Origin: a virus
Length of the DNA stretch: 64,000 nt
Virus record (IMG/VR): IMGVR_UViG_3300045988_054045
Direction: 5' to 3' (one strand)
The position numbers were made by a program, and so were the translations under genes. Positions 9,186 through 18,810 of the stretch are shown here, piece after piece (the stretch's first letter is position 1; every line of letters starts with the position of its first letter). The notes below the pieces were generated by a model. The model was given only the letters and a program-made list of their open reading frames with translations, did no database searches and was not told where the DNA came from.

Positions 9186-10197
9186 GAATGTTAAACTGAC
9201 ACCACTTCTTGACACTATACAACTCATTGAGATGAGTGACGAAGAATATTTTAGTGATAAGTGGGCTGATTATATAAGTAACTCAAAACTTGCTTTAATA
9301 AATCCAGACCAAGACGGAAGTCCTCAAATTTATAAAGAGGGACTAAGTAAACATCCTAAATATTCTGACTCTCTTGTATTTGGTTCAGCAGTTCATGAAT
9401 TAGTATTGCAACCTGAAAGCTTTAAAATAATTAATAATGTTGATAGACCCACTGCTAAGATGGGAGCTATGGCGGATGAACTATTTAAGACGTTCCTTAG
9501 TAATAAAGGTACTGTATCTGATAAGGATATTATAGCTGCATCTGACAAAATTGATTATTACAAAGGCAAGATGGACGAGGCTAAGATTGAGAATGTTAGA
9601 GATAAATGCACAGATTATTGGTGTAATAGGCAGGATTGGGAATCTAAGCATACTACTTCCAGTAAAGAGCCAATTTATCTTGACCCCAAATCTAGAGAGA
9701 AGTTACAACTTTGTTTGGCTTCAGTAGAAGCTAATAAAGAAGTGCAAAATCTATTACATCCTAAGGGAATGTTCGAGGAGCCTATCTCCATGAACGAAGC
9801 TGCCCTATTTATGGATGTGAAGGCTGAACATGAGGGTAAGGAAGTTATCCTTAAACTCAAAGGTAAGCTAGATAATTTCACCATTGATACTGAAACTGGA
9901 GAGGTAGTCCTTAATGACTTAAAGACTACAGGACACTGGTTGATTGACTTTGGTGATTCATTTAAGAAATACCATTACAATAGACAGATGGCTATGTATG
10001 CTTGGATGCTGCGTTCTTACGTAGAGAAGCAATATAACATGAAACCATCTAGTCTGATGGCGAATATGCTTTTAGTTTGTACCGTACCAGATTTTAGAGC
10101 TGGAGTATTTAGGGTTACTAATGGTGAGATTCGTAAAGGTTTCTTAGAATTTAAAGATTTGCTACAACGAGTAGCATATTGCGAACTATATGACTAA
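9178..10197 (+). CDS. PD-(D/E)xK exonuclease (RecE/DUF3799-like)
   Basis: GSAVHELVL ... KLKGKLDNFTID ... VLNDLKTT motif order. Confidence 0.6.
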   Translation: MHKNVKLTPLLDTIQLIEMSDEEYFSDKWADYISNSKLALINPDQDGSPQIYKEGLSKHPKYSDSLVFGSAVHELVLQPESFKIINNVDRPTAKMGAMADELFKTFLSNKGTVSDKDIIAASDKIDYYKGKMDEAKIENVRDKCTDYWCNRQDWESKHTTSSKEPIYLDPKSREKLQLCLASVEANKEVQNLLHPKGMFEEPISMNEAALFMDVKAEHEGKEVILKLKGKLDNFTIDTETGEVVLNDLKTTGHWLIDFGDSFKKYHYNRQMAMYAWMLRSYVEKQYNMKPSSLMANMLLVCTVPDFRAGVFRVTNGEIRKGFLEFKDLLQRVAYCELYD

Positions 10198-10205
10198 TTC
10201 TTCTT

Positions 10206-10556
10206 ATGGAAGCATGGAGTCCATCGTATCAAGACCTTGAAAAATATTATCAAGAATATTTTAGCTTGGGGAACTTAAATTGTGATATTGGCAGTAAGTT
10301 TGCACTTATTTCCTTAATATGCTTTCTTACTAAGCAGGCACGAGTTAAGAATCCCGATGCTACTTGTTATTTGGTAATAATGAAGATAATTGATAATGAA
10401 GTATCTCAACACGACCTAAAATTTATTAGGGGTTTGTCTGTTGTTTGTACAGACATGATGAAGCACTGTGATGAGTTCCTAACATTTGATATGAAGTCTT
10501 CTAAGGAAATGGTCAGCAAGATTAAAGAGATTTTACACACTTATTTACCATTCTAA
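10206..10556 (+). CDS. hypothetical protein
   Basis: 116 aa ORF on the coding strand. Confidence 0.45.
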   Translation: MEAWSPSYQDLEKYYQEYFSLGNLNCDIGSKFALISLICFLTKQARVKNPDATCYLVIMKIIDNEVSQHDLKFIRGLSVVCTDMMKHCDEFLTFDMKSSKEMVSKIKEILHTYLPF

Positions 10557-10807
10557 TGACAGAAAATCAAGTAAATTCATGGGGAGATAAAATCTCTATG
10601 AGGTATGAATCAAATCAGAAGATTATTGAAATTCTATCTAAGTTGGTAGAGAGGTTTCCTCAGTGGAGATTTCAACAAATCTTGCAAAATGTAGATATTG
10701 CCTCCAGGGATGGAGAGGATTTGTTTTACGAAGAGAGTTATGATACTCTAACTACATTAATCAATAACCCAACAGTTAGTGCAATTTTATCTCAAACTGA
10801 CAATTAA
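10556..10807 (+). CDS. hypothetical protein
   Basis: TAATG overlap; 83 aa. Confidence 0.45.
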   Translation: MTENQVNSWGDKISMRYESNQKIIEILSKLVERFPQWRFQQILQNVDIASRDGEDLFYEESYDTLTTLINNPTVSAILSQTDN

Positions 10808-10846
10808 CACTTTTTAAGGGTTGGCAGTTGCACAGTCAGGTAAAAT

Positions 10847-10860
10847 GTAGTATCTTTGTA
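10847..10860 (+). promoter_or_regulatory. Bacteroidota-type promoter box, copy 1 (GTAGTATCTTTGTA containing TAnnTTTG)
   Basis: TATCTTTG fits the -7 consensus TAnnTTTG. A TTG lies at 10828-10830 in the -33 position. An identical 14-mer sits exactly 100 bp downstream. Confidence 0.5.
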
Positions 10861-10946
10861 TCACTTTCCTCAAGGGAAATATAGAGATTATAATTCAAAT
10901 TTTTAGATTATTTAATACTAAGACTACTTGGTCAATCCAAATTAAA

Positions 10947-10960
10947 GTAGTATCTTTGTA
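10947..10960 (+). promoter_or_regulatory. Bacteroidota-type promoter box, copy 2
   Basis: Identical 14-mer GTAGTATCTTTGTA. TTG at 10928-10930. Lies 56 bp upstream of ATG 11016. Confidence 0.55.
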
Positions 10961-11015
10961 CTATAGAAAGTTACAAGATTAGACGTATGAAATAATGTTT
11001 TAACAATTTTGAATT

Positions 11016-11549
11016 ATGCAAGCAATGAATTTTAAGAAAGTAGAAGTAAAAGGTTTCACAAAACAAGAAGCAATCGCAGAAGCACCATTCCAAGTTATTC
11101 GTGATGCAACTCAGGCATGGAAGACTGCTGGTAAGCCAATCGCTGAGAAAGCGTTGAAAGAGTTCTGTGCTGAATATCTAGCAAAGCACACTAAGTATGC
11201 TGCTGGTATTGGCTGTTCTATCACATTTGAAGCAGGTTCTGCTGATACACGTGAGCGTCCTTACACTGTAAAGGATATTAAGAACGAGAAGGGTAAGAGA
11301 AAGTATAAAACTGGTTATCAAGGTATTAACCCTGCAACTGGTGAAATTCTATTCACTAACTTCGAAACAAAGAACAAGGCTAAGGAAGTAGCTAAGGAAT
11401 TGTACACCAAGAAAGATTACAAGGGCGACATCTTCTGCAAATACATCAAAGATGTGGTTGAGGGTGAAGTTGGTGCGTTTGAAGTTAAGTACACTCCATC
11501 TAAGAGTGCTAAACAAGGAACTTACATCTGCTTTGGAGTTGAAGCCTAA
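11016..11549 (+). CDS. Lys-rich 177-aa protein of unknown function, probably abundantly expressed
   Basis: Own promoters and terminator. Strongly biased codon usage compared with neighbouring genes. Confidence 0.6.
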   Translation: MQAMNFKKVEVKGFTKQEAIAEAPFQVIRDATQAWKTAGKPIAEKALKEFCAEYLAKHTKYAAGIGCSITFEAGSADTRERPYTVKDIKNEKGKRKYKTGYQGINPATGEILFTNFETKNKAKEVAKELYTKKDYKGDIFCKYIKDVVEGEVGAFEVKYTPSKSAKQGTYICFGVEA

Positions 11550-11574
11550 TAGACTTCTACAACTTTAAATATCA

Positions 11575-11616
11575 AAGGGATTATCTTATGAAAATAAGGT
11601 AGTCCCTTATTTTTTT
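11575..11616 (+). terminator. intrinsic terminator
   Basis: 14-bp stem (AAGGGATTATCTTA / TAAGGTAGTCCCTT, two G-U pairs), 6-nt loop, then a T7 run at 11610-11616. Confidence 0.7.
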
Positions 11617-11620
11617 ATAA

Positions 11621-11628
11621 TAGATTTG
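11621..11628 (+). promoter_or_regulatory. possible -7 box TAGATTTG upstream of the 11689 gene
   Basis: Matches TAnnTTTG immediately after the terminator. No clear -33 TTTG. Confidence 0.3.
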
Positions 11629-11688
11629 TAGACTACCAAGATGATTATTTTTAAAGGCGTAACTGCTATCTAATTTAAACATCTAACG

Positions 11689-13287
11689 ATGAAAGAACAG
11701 ACTATTATTAAACTTACAAATCACCTCAAAACGGTACTTGCAGATAATATCAGTATGAATGCCTATTCTGAAAAGATAGGCTTACCTACTAGCTACTTCT
11801 GTATGAAAAGGAAAGCGGTAGAACAAGCTAAAGAAGCTGGAACTATCTCCGATGAAGATTATAATACTATTATGGATTTATTCGGACAGATAGATGCTAG
11901 ACCAAGAATAAGAGCAACTAAGAAAGAATCAACTCCTGATTTATTTCAGGATGATGCTGTCTTTAGTGATGCTGAATTAGATACTGATGATACATCTAAG
12001 GTTTCCATTGAGAGGGATGAGGAAGGTAAAATAGTTAAGTATGCGTTCACTGTCTATGTAAGAGATAGACAACCTATTATAGGTTCATTCAGTAGAGATG
12101 AAATGAACTTGGTATATAGGTTGTACTCTAACTATGGTAGTGGAATTACACAGAGGGAAGTTTCAAGAGTATTCCCAGAATATTCTTTAGCTGACTTTAA
12201 GAGGATTCTTAGGGCATTTAGTATTACTAAAGCATCAGCCCCATTTGCTCCACATATTATTGAGGAGAATGACAAGAACAAGTTGCTAGAAATGCAATTT
12301 AGGGAGAAGGAGAATGACTTCTTAAGGAGCTATGAAGTTGAAAAGGTTAAACAAACCGAGAATCAACTCAAAAGATATATGAAAGAAAATCAAGACCTTA
12401 AAGACCAACTCCAGGATATGTCTGGGTTACTTGATGGTATTGATGTGTCAAATCTTCCCAAATTCACTCCTACTGCTACAGGTAGAGAGGATAGAGATTT
12501 GATTATTTGGTTATCTGATATGCACATTGGAGCATCCGTGTCTGGATATTCTATTTATGCTAATGAGTATAACCAAGAAGAGGTCGAGAGTAGACTTCAG
12601 AAGCTAATTGACCAAATAAAGAAAGAATCTCTAATGTTTGGCAACTTCTATAATGTAGTTGTATGTAATCTAGGTGATTCTTTGGACGGATATGATGGTC
12701 AGACTACAAGAGGTGGGCATCAATTAGCTCAGAACATGAATAATAAGGAGCAACTCAAATGCTTCATTGAAGTAATGACTGGGTTTATGACTACTCTTGC
12801 GGAAGAGATACCTTGTAATAATCTGTCTTATTACTGTGTGGGAGAATCCAACCATGATGGAGATTTCGGATATTCTGCCAATATTGCACTTCAGTATATC
12901 TTACAAAGTATGGATATTGAAGCTACAATATTTGAGAAGTTTATTGGTGAGTTTAAGCTAAATGACACAACATATATCCTGTGTCATGGCAAGGATAACA
13001 AGGATATGTTTAAGAACTTACCTCTCACTCTTGATATTAAGACAGAAAACTTTATCAATGAGTATCTTGACAATAAAGGAATTAAAGGCAATGTAGTCTT
13101 TGTAAAAGGAGACTTACATCAGTCCGCTACTACCTATGGAAGAAGATTTACATATAAATCTGTAAGCTCTCTATTTGGTAGTTCTGAATGGATTCACAAG
13201 AACTTTGGTAATACACCAGCTGCTTGTGATTATTCTATTGTAGATGAAAATGGAAATATGCTAGATGGCAGAATTACACTACAATAA
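11689..13287 (+). CDS. metallophosphoesterase-domain protein with N-terminal HTH-like and coiled-coil regions
   Basis: C-terminal half has WLSDMHIG, NLGDSLDG, ESNHD, CHGKD and GDLH in canonical MPP order. Confidence 0.55.
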   Translation: MKEQTIIKLTNHLKTVLADNISMNAYSEKIGLPTSYFCMKRKAVEQAKEAGTISDEDYNTIMDLFGQIDARPRIRATKKESTPDLFQDDAVFSDAELDTDDTSKVSIERDEEGKIVKYAFTVYVRDRQPIIGSFSRDEMNLVYRLYSNYGSGITQREVSRVFPEYSLADFKRILRAFSITKASAPFAPHIIEENDKNKLLEMQFREKENDFLRSYEVEKVKQTENQLKRYMKENQDLKDQLQDMSGLLDGIDVSNLPKFTPTATGREDRDLIIWLSDMHIGASVSGYSIYANEYNQEEVESRLQKLIDQIKKESLMFGNFYNVVVCNLGDSLDGYDGQTTRGGHQLAQNMNNKEQLKCFIEVMTGFMTTLAEEIPCNNLSYYCVGESNHDGDFGYSANIALQYILQSMDIEATIFEKFIGEFKLNDTTYILCHGKDNKDMFKNLPLTLDIKTENFINEYLDNKGIKGNVVFVKGDLHQSATTYGRRFTYKSVSSLFGSSEWIHKNFGNTPAACDYSIVDENGNMLDGRITLQ

Positions 13288-13295
13288 AATTGCAT

Positions 13296-14075
13296 ATGGA
13301 AATAACATTAGACGAGTTATTGCAAGGAAAGGCAACCAGAATCAAAGATAAAGCATATTTTCCAACTGAGGCTTATGTAGAGCCATTCTTGGAAACTATG
13401 TCTAAATTTACTTCTGATTTCAGAGTACAAGTTAAACTCCCTGACCAAATCACCAGAACTATTACTGGTGAATATAACACAGATGATGTAACCTATAATA
13501 GGGTACTTATTGAGGCAATAATGCCTGATGAATATGCGTGGGATAACCATGATGAAGTTATCGGATTCCTATATGGACTAGATGTTCGTAAGCCGATAGT
13601 AAAGATGTATAGAGGTGGTCTTAATAGGGCTTGTACCAATCTATGTGTATTTGACCCTTCTTTCATCAATATTCAAGAATTAGAGCCTGAGAAGGCTATA
13701 AACTACAAGCCAGTTAAGAATCTGATGGAACAAACATCTGATTTGAAATTATGGTTGAAGACTCTCCATGAAACAGAATGGGAGAGAACTGTACCAGCTA
13801 TTGAATCTAACTTAGGTAAGTGGATGAGAAATGCAATCTCTCAACACTGTGACTTGGGTTATGGCAAGGTTAAGCTAGGTACTAAAGAAGTCATTGACGC
13901 TTATAAATCGTTGTTTGTGGACAATAAGTCCAAGTATTATGTTAAGGAAGATGAAGATGTCAATATGTTTAAGGTTTACAATGCATTTACTGAGCTAATC
14001 AGCAATGATGGTGGAAAAGATATCATCAATAAGGCAGAAAAGACCTTATTACTACGTACAATCTTAGACTTTTAA
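13296..14075 (+). CDS. hypothetical protein (weak DUF932-like GGLNRACTNLCVF)
   Basis: The track start 13290 is TTG; the first ATG is at 13296. Confidence 0.5.
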   Translation: MEITLDELLQGKATRIKDKAYFPTEAYVEPFLETMSKFTSDFRVQVKLPDQITRTITGEYNTDDVTYNRVLIEAIMPDEYAWDNHDEVIGFLYGLDVRKPIVKMYRGGLNRACTNLCVFDPSFINIQELEPEKAINYKPVKNLMEQTSDLKLWLKTLHETEWERTVPAIESNLGKWMRNAISQHCDLGYGKVKLGTKEVIDAYKSLFVDNKSKYYVKEDEDVNMFKVYNAFTELISNDGGKDIINKAEKTLLLRTILDF

Positions 14076-14082
14076 TTAATTA

Positions 14083-16215
14083 ATGCTAGTAGTAAAACGA
14101 AACAAGACAGTACAGCCCTTTGACTGGGGTAAGATTGACTTAGCTATCACTAAAGCATTCCATGCAGTTAATGAACCTATTGATATGGATATTCTTAGTG
14201 ATGTAAAAGATGAATTATACTTTAACAATATTATTTCTGTAGAGGAAATCCAAGACCAGATAGAGAAGGCTCTAATGGCTTGTGATTATTATAATGTTGC
14301 TAAAGCATTTATCTTATACAGGCAGAAACAAGCTGAGCTTAGAACTCTAACTAACAAGAAACAATTCATTAGAGACTATGCTAAAGCTAGTAATGCAGCT
14401 ACAGGTAGTAAATATGATTCTAATGCTAATGTTACTGAAAAGAATATAGTAACCTTAAATGGTGAATTGTTCAAAGGTGATATTATTAAGGTGAATCGTA
14501 CTATACTTACCGATAAAATTAGAGAGATGTATGGTGAGGATTTAGCTAAGGAGTATATCCGTCAGCTAGAATCTCACGAACTATATAAACATGATGAGAC
14601 TAGTATTATGCCATATTGTGTGGCTATTACTATGTATCCATTCTTGTTGGAAGGTTTGCAGCCTATTGGAGGTTTATCTGCAAAACCTAAAAACTTGGAT
14701 TCATTCTGTGGTATGTTTGTAAATCTAGTATTTGCAATCAGTTCACAATTTGCTGGGGCAGTAGCTACTGGTGAGTTCCTAATGTATTTCGATTACTTTG
14801 CTCGCAAGGAGTGGGGTGAAGATTATTGGAAATATGCGGATGCTAACTGTCAATTAAGGTTTACAACTGATACTAACTCAGAAGGAGCAGACAAGCCTAT
14901 TAATACAGCAAAGGTAACTAGTATGCTTACTATTGAGAAGGTAATTGAGCAGAAGTTCCAACAGATTGTATATTCAATCAATCAACCTGCTGCTGCTCGT
15001 AACTTCCAATCAGTATTTTGGAATATAAGTTACTTTGATAAGTATTACTTTGAGGGATTATTCGGAGAATTTGTATTCCCTGATGGTAGTAAACCTCAAT
15101 GGGATTCACTAAACTGGCTACAGAAGAAATTCATGAGCTGGTTTAATGAAGAGCGTACTAAATGTATCTTAACGTTCCCAGTAGAAACTGTAGCATTACT
15201 TACTGATGGTGAGGATATTCGTGATAAGGAATGGGCAGACTTTACTGCTGAAATGTATAGTAAGGGGCATTCATTCTTTACTTATACTTCCGATAGTGCT
15301 GACTCATTGTCTTCTTGTTGCCGACTCAGAAATGAGGTAAGCGATAATCAATTCTCCTATTCATTAGGTGCAGGTGGTATTGCTACTGGTAGTAAATCAG
15401 TAATGACTTTAAATATCAATAGGCTAGTGCAGGATGCAGTTAATAAGGGGTATGATATGATTGACTATCTACGTTCTCAGGTTCAGAAAGTTCATAAATA
15501 TCAAACAGCATATAATGAATTGTTAAAGGATTATCTAAAAGATGGTTTATTAACGGTTTATACAGCTGGATTTATTAACCTAAAGAAGCAGTATCTAACT
15601 GTAGGAGTTAATGGTGTTATTGAAGCTGCTGAGTTCTTAGGAATTAAAGTTAGTGATAATCCTACTTATAGGGAGTTCATGCAATCTATATTGAAGACTA
15701 TCAGTGATGAAAACCGTAAAGCTAAGACTAAGGAGTTGATGTTTAACACTGAATTTGTTCCAGCAGAGAACTTAGGGGTTAAGCACGCTAATTGGGATAG
15801 GAAGGATGGATATGTAGTTCCTAGAGATTGCTACAATTCATATTTCTATGCAGTTGAGGATACTAGTTTAACTATCCTTGATAAATTCAAGTTACATGGT
15901 GAAGAGTATGTCAAGTACTTAGATGGAGGAAGTGCATTGCACATGAATCTTGAAGAGCACCTTACTAAAGACCAATATAGAAACCTATTAAAGGTTGCAG
16001 CTACTAATGGTACTAATTACTTTACCTTTAATATTCCGAATACTATCTGTAACGATTGTGGACATATTGACAAGAGATACTTACATGAGTGTCCTAAATG
16101 TGGAAGCAAGAATATAGATTACGCCACAAGAATAATCGGATATTTAAAGAGGATTAGTAACTTTAGTGAGGCTAGACAAAAAGAAGCTAGCAAACGTTAT
16201 TACTATAAACAATAA
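14083..16215 (+). CDS. nrdD: anaerobic ribonucleoside-triphosphate reductase (class III)
   Basis: ATP-cone-like N-terminus, SCCRLRN, Zn ribbon CNDCGH..CPKCGS, glycyl-radical tail RIIGYLKRISNF. Confidence 0.9.
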   Translation: MLVVKRNKTVQPFDWGKIDLAITKAFHAVNEPIDMDILSDVKDELYFNNIISVEEIQDQIEKALMACDYYNVAKAFILYRQKQAELRTLTNKKQFIRDYAKASNAATGSKYDSNANVTEKNIVTLNGELFKGDIIKVNRTILTDKIREMYGEDLAKEYIRQLESHELYKHDETSIMPYCVAITMYPFLLEGLQPIGGLSAKPKNLDSFCGMFVNLVFAISSQFAGAVATGEFLMYFDYFARKEWGEDYWKYADANCQLRFTTDTNSEGADKPINTAKVTSMLTIEKVIEQKFQQIVYSINQPAAARNFQSVFWNISYFDKYYFEGLFGEFVFPDGSKPQWDSLNWLQKKFMSWFNEERTKCILTFPVETVALLTDGEDIRDKEWADFTAEMYSKGHSFFTYTSDSADSLSSCCRLRNEVSDNQFSYSLGAGGIATGSKSVMTLNINRLVQDAVNKGYDMIDYLRSQVQKVHKYQTAYNELLKDYLKDGLLTVYTAGFINLKKQYLTVGVNGVIEAAEFLGIKVSDNPTYREFMQSILKTISDENRKAKTKELMFNTEFVPAENLGVKHANWDRKDGYVVPRDCYNSYFYAVEDTSLTILDKFKLHGEEYVKYLDGGSALHMNLEEHLTKDQYRNLLKVAATNGTNYFTFNIPNTICNDCGHIDKRYLHECPKCGSKNIDYATRIIGYLKRISNFSEARQKEASKRYYYKQ

Positions 16216-16220
16216 AAACT

Positions 16221-16430
16221 ATGGTTCTATTTCAAATCATATTTATTGCTATCCTGCTCCTAGAAATAGGGGTAGGGCTAGCAGTAAAGTATAACTACAA
16301 CGGTTTCCAAGATAAGCTAATATCTCTACTTATGAGAATGGACCTTGAGTATTATATTAGATACCAATTCCCAGATAAATGGGTTCTTCAGATGGTATTC
16401 CTATTAATCTTATTCTTATTGTGTATATGA
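16221..16430 (+). CDS. small membrane protein (two predicted TM helices)
   Basis: Hydrophobic N- and C-terminal segments; 69 aa. Confidence 0.45.
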   Translation: MVLFQIIFIAILLLEIGVGLAVKYNYNGFQDKLISLLMRMDLEYYIRYQFPDKWVLQMVFLLILFLLCI

Positions 16431-16783
16431 CAGGTGTAGATGAGAATGGTTGGGTATGTGACGTGGAACTAGCCAAGAGAATTATATTAGCACACTTCAG
16501 TACAATGAGATATTACGGGGCATCAGTCTATGGAGATAAATCTATGGATGAATGGCTAGATAAGGTTAGCAACGACCTACAAGAGTTCAGTGATGGATTC
16601 TCTATCGCACGAGATAAAGGATTCTTCTTAGGAGGTCCTGATGGTTGGTCTGGCTTTATTATCTGTACGCTAGATGCCTGGTTAAAAGACGAGACTAGTT
16701 GTGAAGAAGCTAATGAGGACATTCTATCAGTAGTTGAAGTAGATGGCAAGCCAGTTGTATTCCTTTTACATGAATCGGATTAA
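16427..16783 (+). CDS. hypothetical protein
   Basis: Start moved to ATG 16427 (ATGA overlap). Confidence 0.45.
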   Translation: MTGVDENGWVCDVELAKRIILAHFSTMRYYGASVYGDKSMDEWLDKVSNDLQEFSDGFSIARDKGFFLGGPDGWSGFIICTLDAWLKDETSCEEANEDILSVVEVDGKPVVFLLHESD

Positions 16784-16784
16784 T

Positions 16785-17381
16785 ATGCTGAAATACGTTA
16801 ATTATGATATAGTTTTCCAAGAGTTACCAAATGAAACTACACTTGCTATTAATATCTCAAACTGCCCTTGTCACTGTAAGGGGTGTCATAGTTCTTACTT
16901 GGCAGAAGATATTGGAAAACCTCTAATATTTAGGGAGATTGAGAGACTTATCAAGGAGAACGAGGGAATAACTGCTATCTGCTTTATGGGAGGAGATAGT
17001 GAACCAAAGCTGATTAACCATTATGCCAAACTCATAAGGGAATCTACTATTGATGAGACTGTAGATTCATTTACTGTTACTAAGGATGTTGAGCTACCTA
17101 AAGGCATCAAAATACCTGCAGGAAGTGTAGTCAAAAGTACCAGAAAAGTTCCTAATCCTATTAGAATTGGCTGGTATAGTGGTAGACAAGAACTATCTAA
17201 GGATATTGATATTAAGAACTTTAACTATATAAAGTTAGGTCCTTATATTGAAGAATTAGGTGGTTTGAAAAATCCTAATACTAATCAACGACTCTATGAG
17301 GTTCAAATGAGTAGAGAAATTGACGAAAATGGAGACCCAGTCTATGGTTTAATGGACATTACAAACGTGTTCTGGAAATGA
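16785..17381 (+). CDS. nrdG: anaerobic RNR activating enzyme (radical SAM)
   Basis: CPCHCKGCHS cluster motif near the N-terminus. Start moved to ATG 16785, just after the upstream TAA. Confidence 0.8.
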   Translation: MLKYVNYDIVFQELPNETTLAINISNCPCHCKGCHSSYLAEDIGKPLIFREIERLIKENEGITAICFMGGDSEPKLINHYAKLIRESTIDETVDSFTVTKDVELPKGIKIPAGSVVKSTRKVPNPIRIGWYSGRQELSKDIDIKNFNYIKLGPYIEELGGLKNPNTNQRLYEVQMSREIDENGDPVYGLMDITNVFWK

Positions 17382-18799
17382 GTATTAAACTGCCCTTTAG
17401 TGGGTATTCCTCTAAGAGGATAGGAGAGCCTAATAGACCTCGCATTACTCTAGCGGATGAGCAAATAGAAGCCTTAGAAAGGATGAAAAGGTTTTTGGAC
17501 ACAGAGGAGCCAGTACTAGTATTACAAGGATATGCTGGTACTGGTAAAACCTCTATCCTTAATGAATACATCCAGTATCTTAGGTCTAATGGAGAAGACT
17601 TCATACTATGTGCTCCAACCCATAAGGCTAAGTTAGTGGTAGAGGAGGTAACAGGTGAGGAAGCGATGACAGTACATAAATTATTGTCTCTTGCTCCTAA
17701 CATAGAGATATTTGAATTGGATTATAAAGATTTAAAATTCCAATGTAATGGGCTTAGTGAAATACCTAGCAATGGTATTGTAATCATAGATGAGGCGTCT
17801 ATGATTAATGATGAAATATATAAGTTACTACTTGATATGTGTAATCAGTATGGGACTAAGTTGCTATTCATTGGGGATAAGGCTCAAATACAGCCTGTAT
17901 GTAGTAAAGGGACAAGTTTGGTATTCAACTGCCCTAATATTATTACATTAACTAAAATACATAGACAAGCTGATACTAATGGATTGTTACCATTGTTATC
18001 TAAGCTAAGAGAAAGACCCATGAAGAGATTTCAACCTATTGAAGCTCCAGAAGGGTCTTTAATTGTATGTGACCAAGCCAAAGACTTTATGCTAAAGAGT
18101 GCCGACTTCTTTAGAACTGCAATTAAAAAGCAGAATGTAAATGATGTTAAACTTATAGCATATACCAATGCTAGGGTACAGGGATTCAATCAATGTATGA
18201 GAAAGCTACTTTGGGAAGACAATATAGCTAATGAGTACAATCAATTTGAATTTCTGACTGGTTATGAGAATTTTGAGTACAACAGTGCTCAGTTTTACAA
18301 TTCTCTGGACTATGTAATAGTAGACGCTCCTAAAAGAGTGGAGAGGCATATTCCACACTTTATGAAGTTGCCTGGATATGAGCTGGAACTATTTGATACA
18401 GTATATAAGAAATTATTAACTGTATTTATATTGGAACGAGACATCAACAAAGACTATATAGATAGCCTTGCTGCTACAATAGAGAATTTTAGAATATCTG
18501 CTATTGAAGCCAAAAGGAATGGTAATCGTACTAGGTCTACATTCTTATGGAAGAAGTACTTCGAGATGATGAAGAGCTTTGCTACTCCTAAAGATATAAT
18601 GTGGGATAATAGGGTTATCAAGAAAAAGACATTCGATTATGGATATGCGTCGACCATTCACAAAATTCAAGGAAGCTCTTTGGGAACAGTGTTTATTGAC
18701 ATGGCAAACATACTTGTTTGTAAGAACATTGATGAGATTAGGCAGATGCAATACGTATCGCTGTCAAGAACTAAAACAGATGCTTATATATTGGTTTAA
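17378..18799 (+). CDS. SF1 DNA helicase, Dda/RecD-like
   Basis: GYAGTGKTS, IIDEASM, GDKAQIQP, TIHKIQGSS, YVSLSRTK. Confidence 0.85.
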   Translation: MSIKLPFSGYSSKRIGEPNRPRITLADEQIEALERMKRFLDTEEPVLVLQGYAGTGKTSILNEYIQYLRSNGEDFILCAPTHKAKLVVEEVTGEEAMTVHKLLSLAPNIEIFELDYKDLKFQCNGLSEIPSNGIVIIDEASMINDEIYKLLLDMCNQYGTKLLFIGDKAQIQPVCSKGTSLVFNCPNIITLTKIHRQADTNGLLPLLSKLRERPMKRFQPIEAPEGSLIVCDQAKDFMLKSADFFRTAIKKQNVNDVKLIAYTNARVQGFNQCMRKLLWEDNIANEYNQFEFLTGYENFEYNSAQFYNSLDYVIVDAPKRVERHIPHFMKLPGYELELFDTVYKKLLTVFILERDINKDYIDSLAATIENFRISAIEAKRNGNRTRSTFLWKKYFEMMKSFATPKDIMWDNRVIKKKTFDYGYASTIHKIQGSSLGTVFIDMANILVCKNIDEIRQMQYVSLSRTKTDAYILV

Positions 18800-18810
18800 T
18801 CCCGCTAAAC

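Noticed and set aside
10808-11015. A tRNA, small-RNA gene or CRISPR-like repeat in the largest non-coding spacers (10808-11015, 11550-11688, 44004-44151).
   Set aside because: There is no cloverleaf-compatible arms or T-loop (GTTCRANNC) sequence. The only repeat is the two-copy 14-mer, which fits a promoter box. No spacer-repeat periodicity is present.
13094-13105. GTAGTCTTTGTA inside the 11689-13287 CDS, a near-copy of the intergenic promoter 14-mer.
   Set aside because: It lacks the TA of the TAnnTTTG box (2-nt deletion) and sits mid-gene with no downstream start. Probably coincidental.
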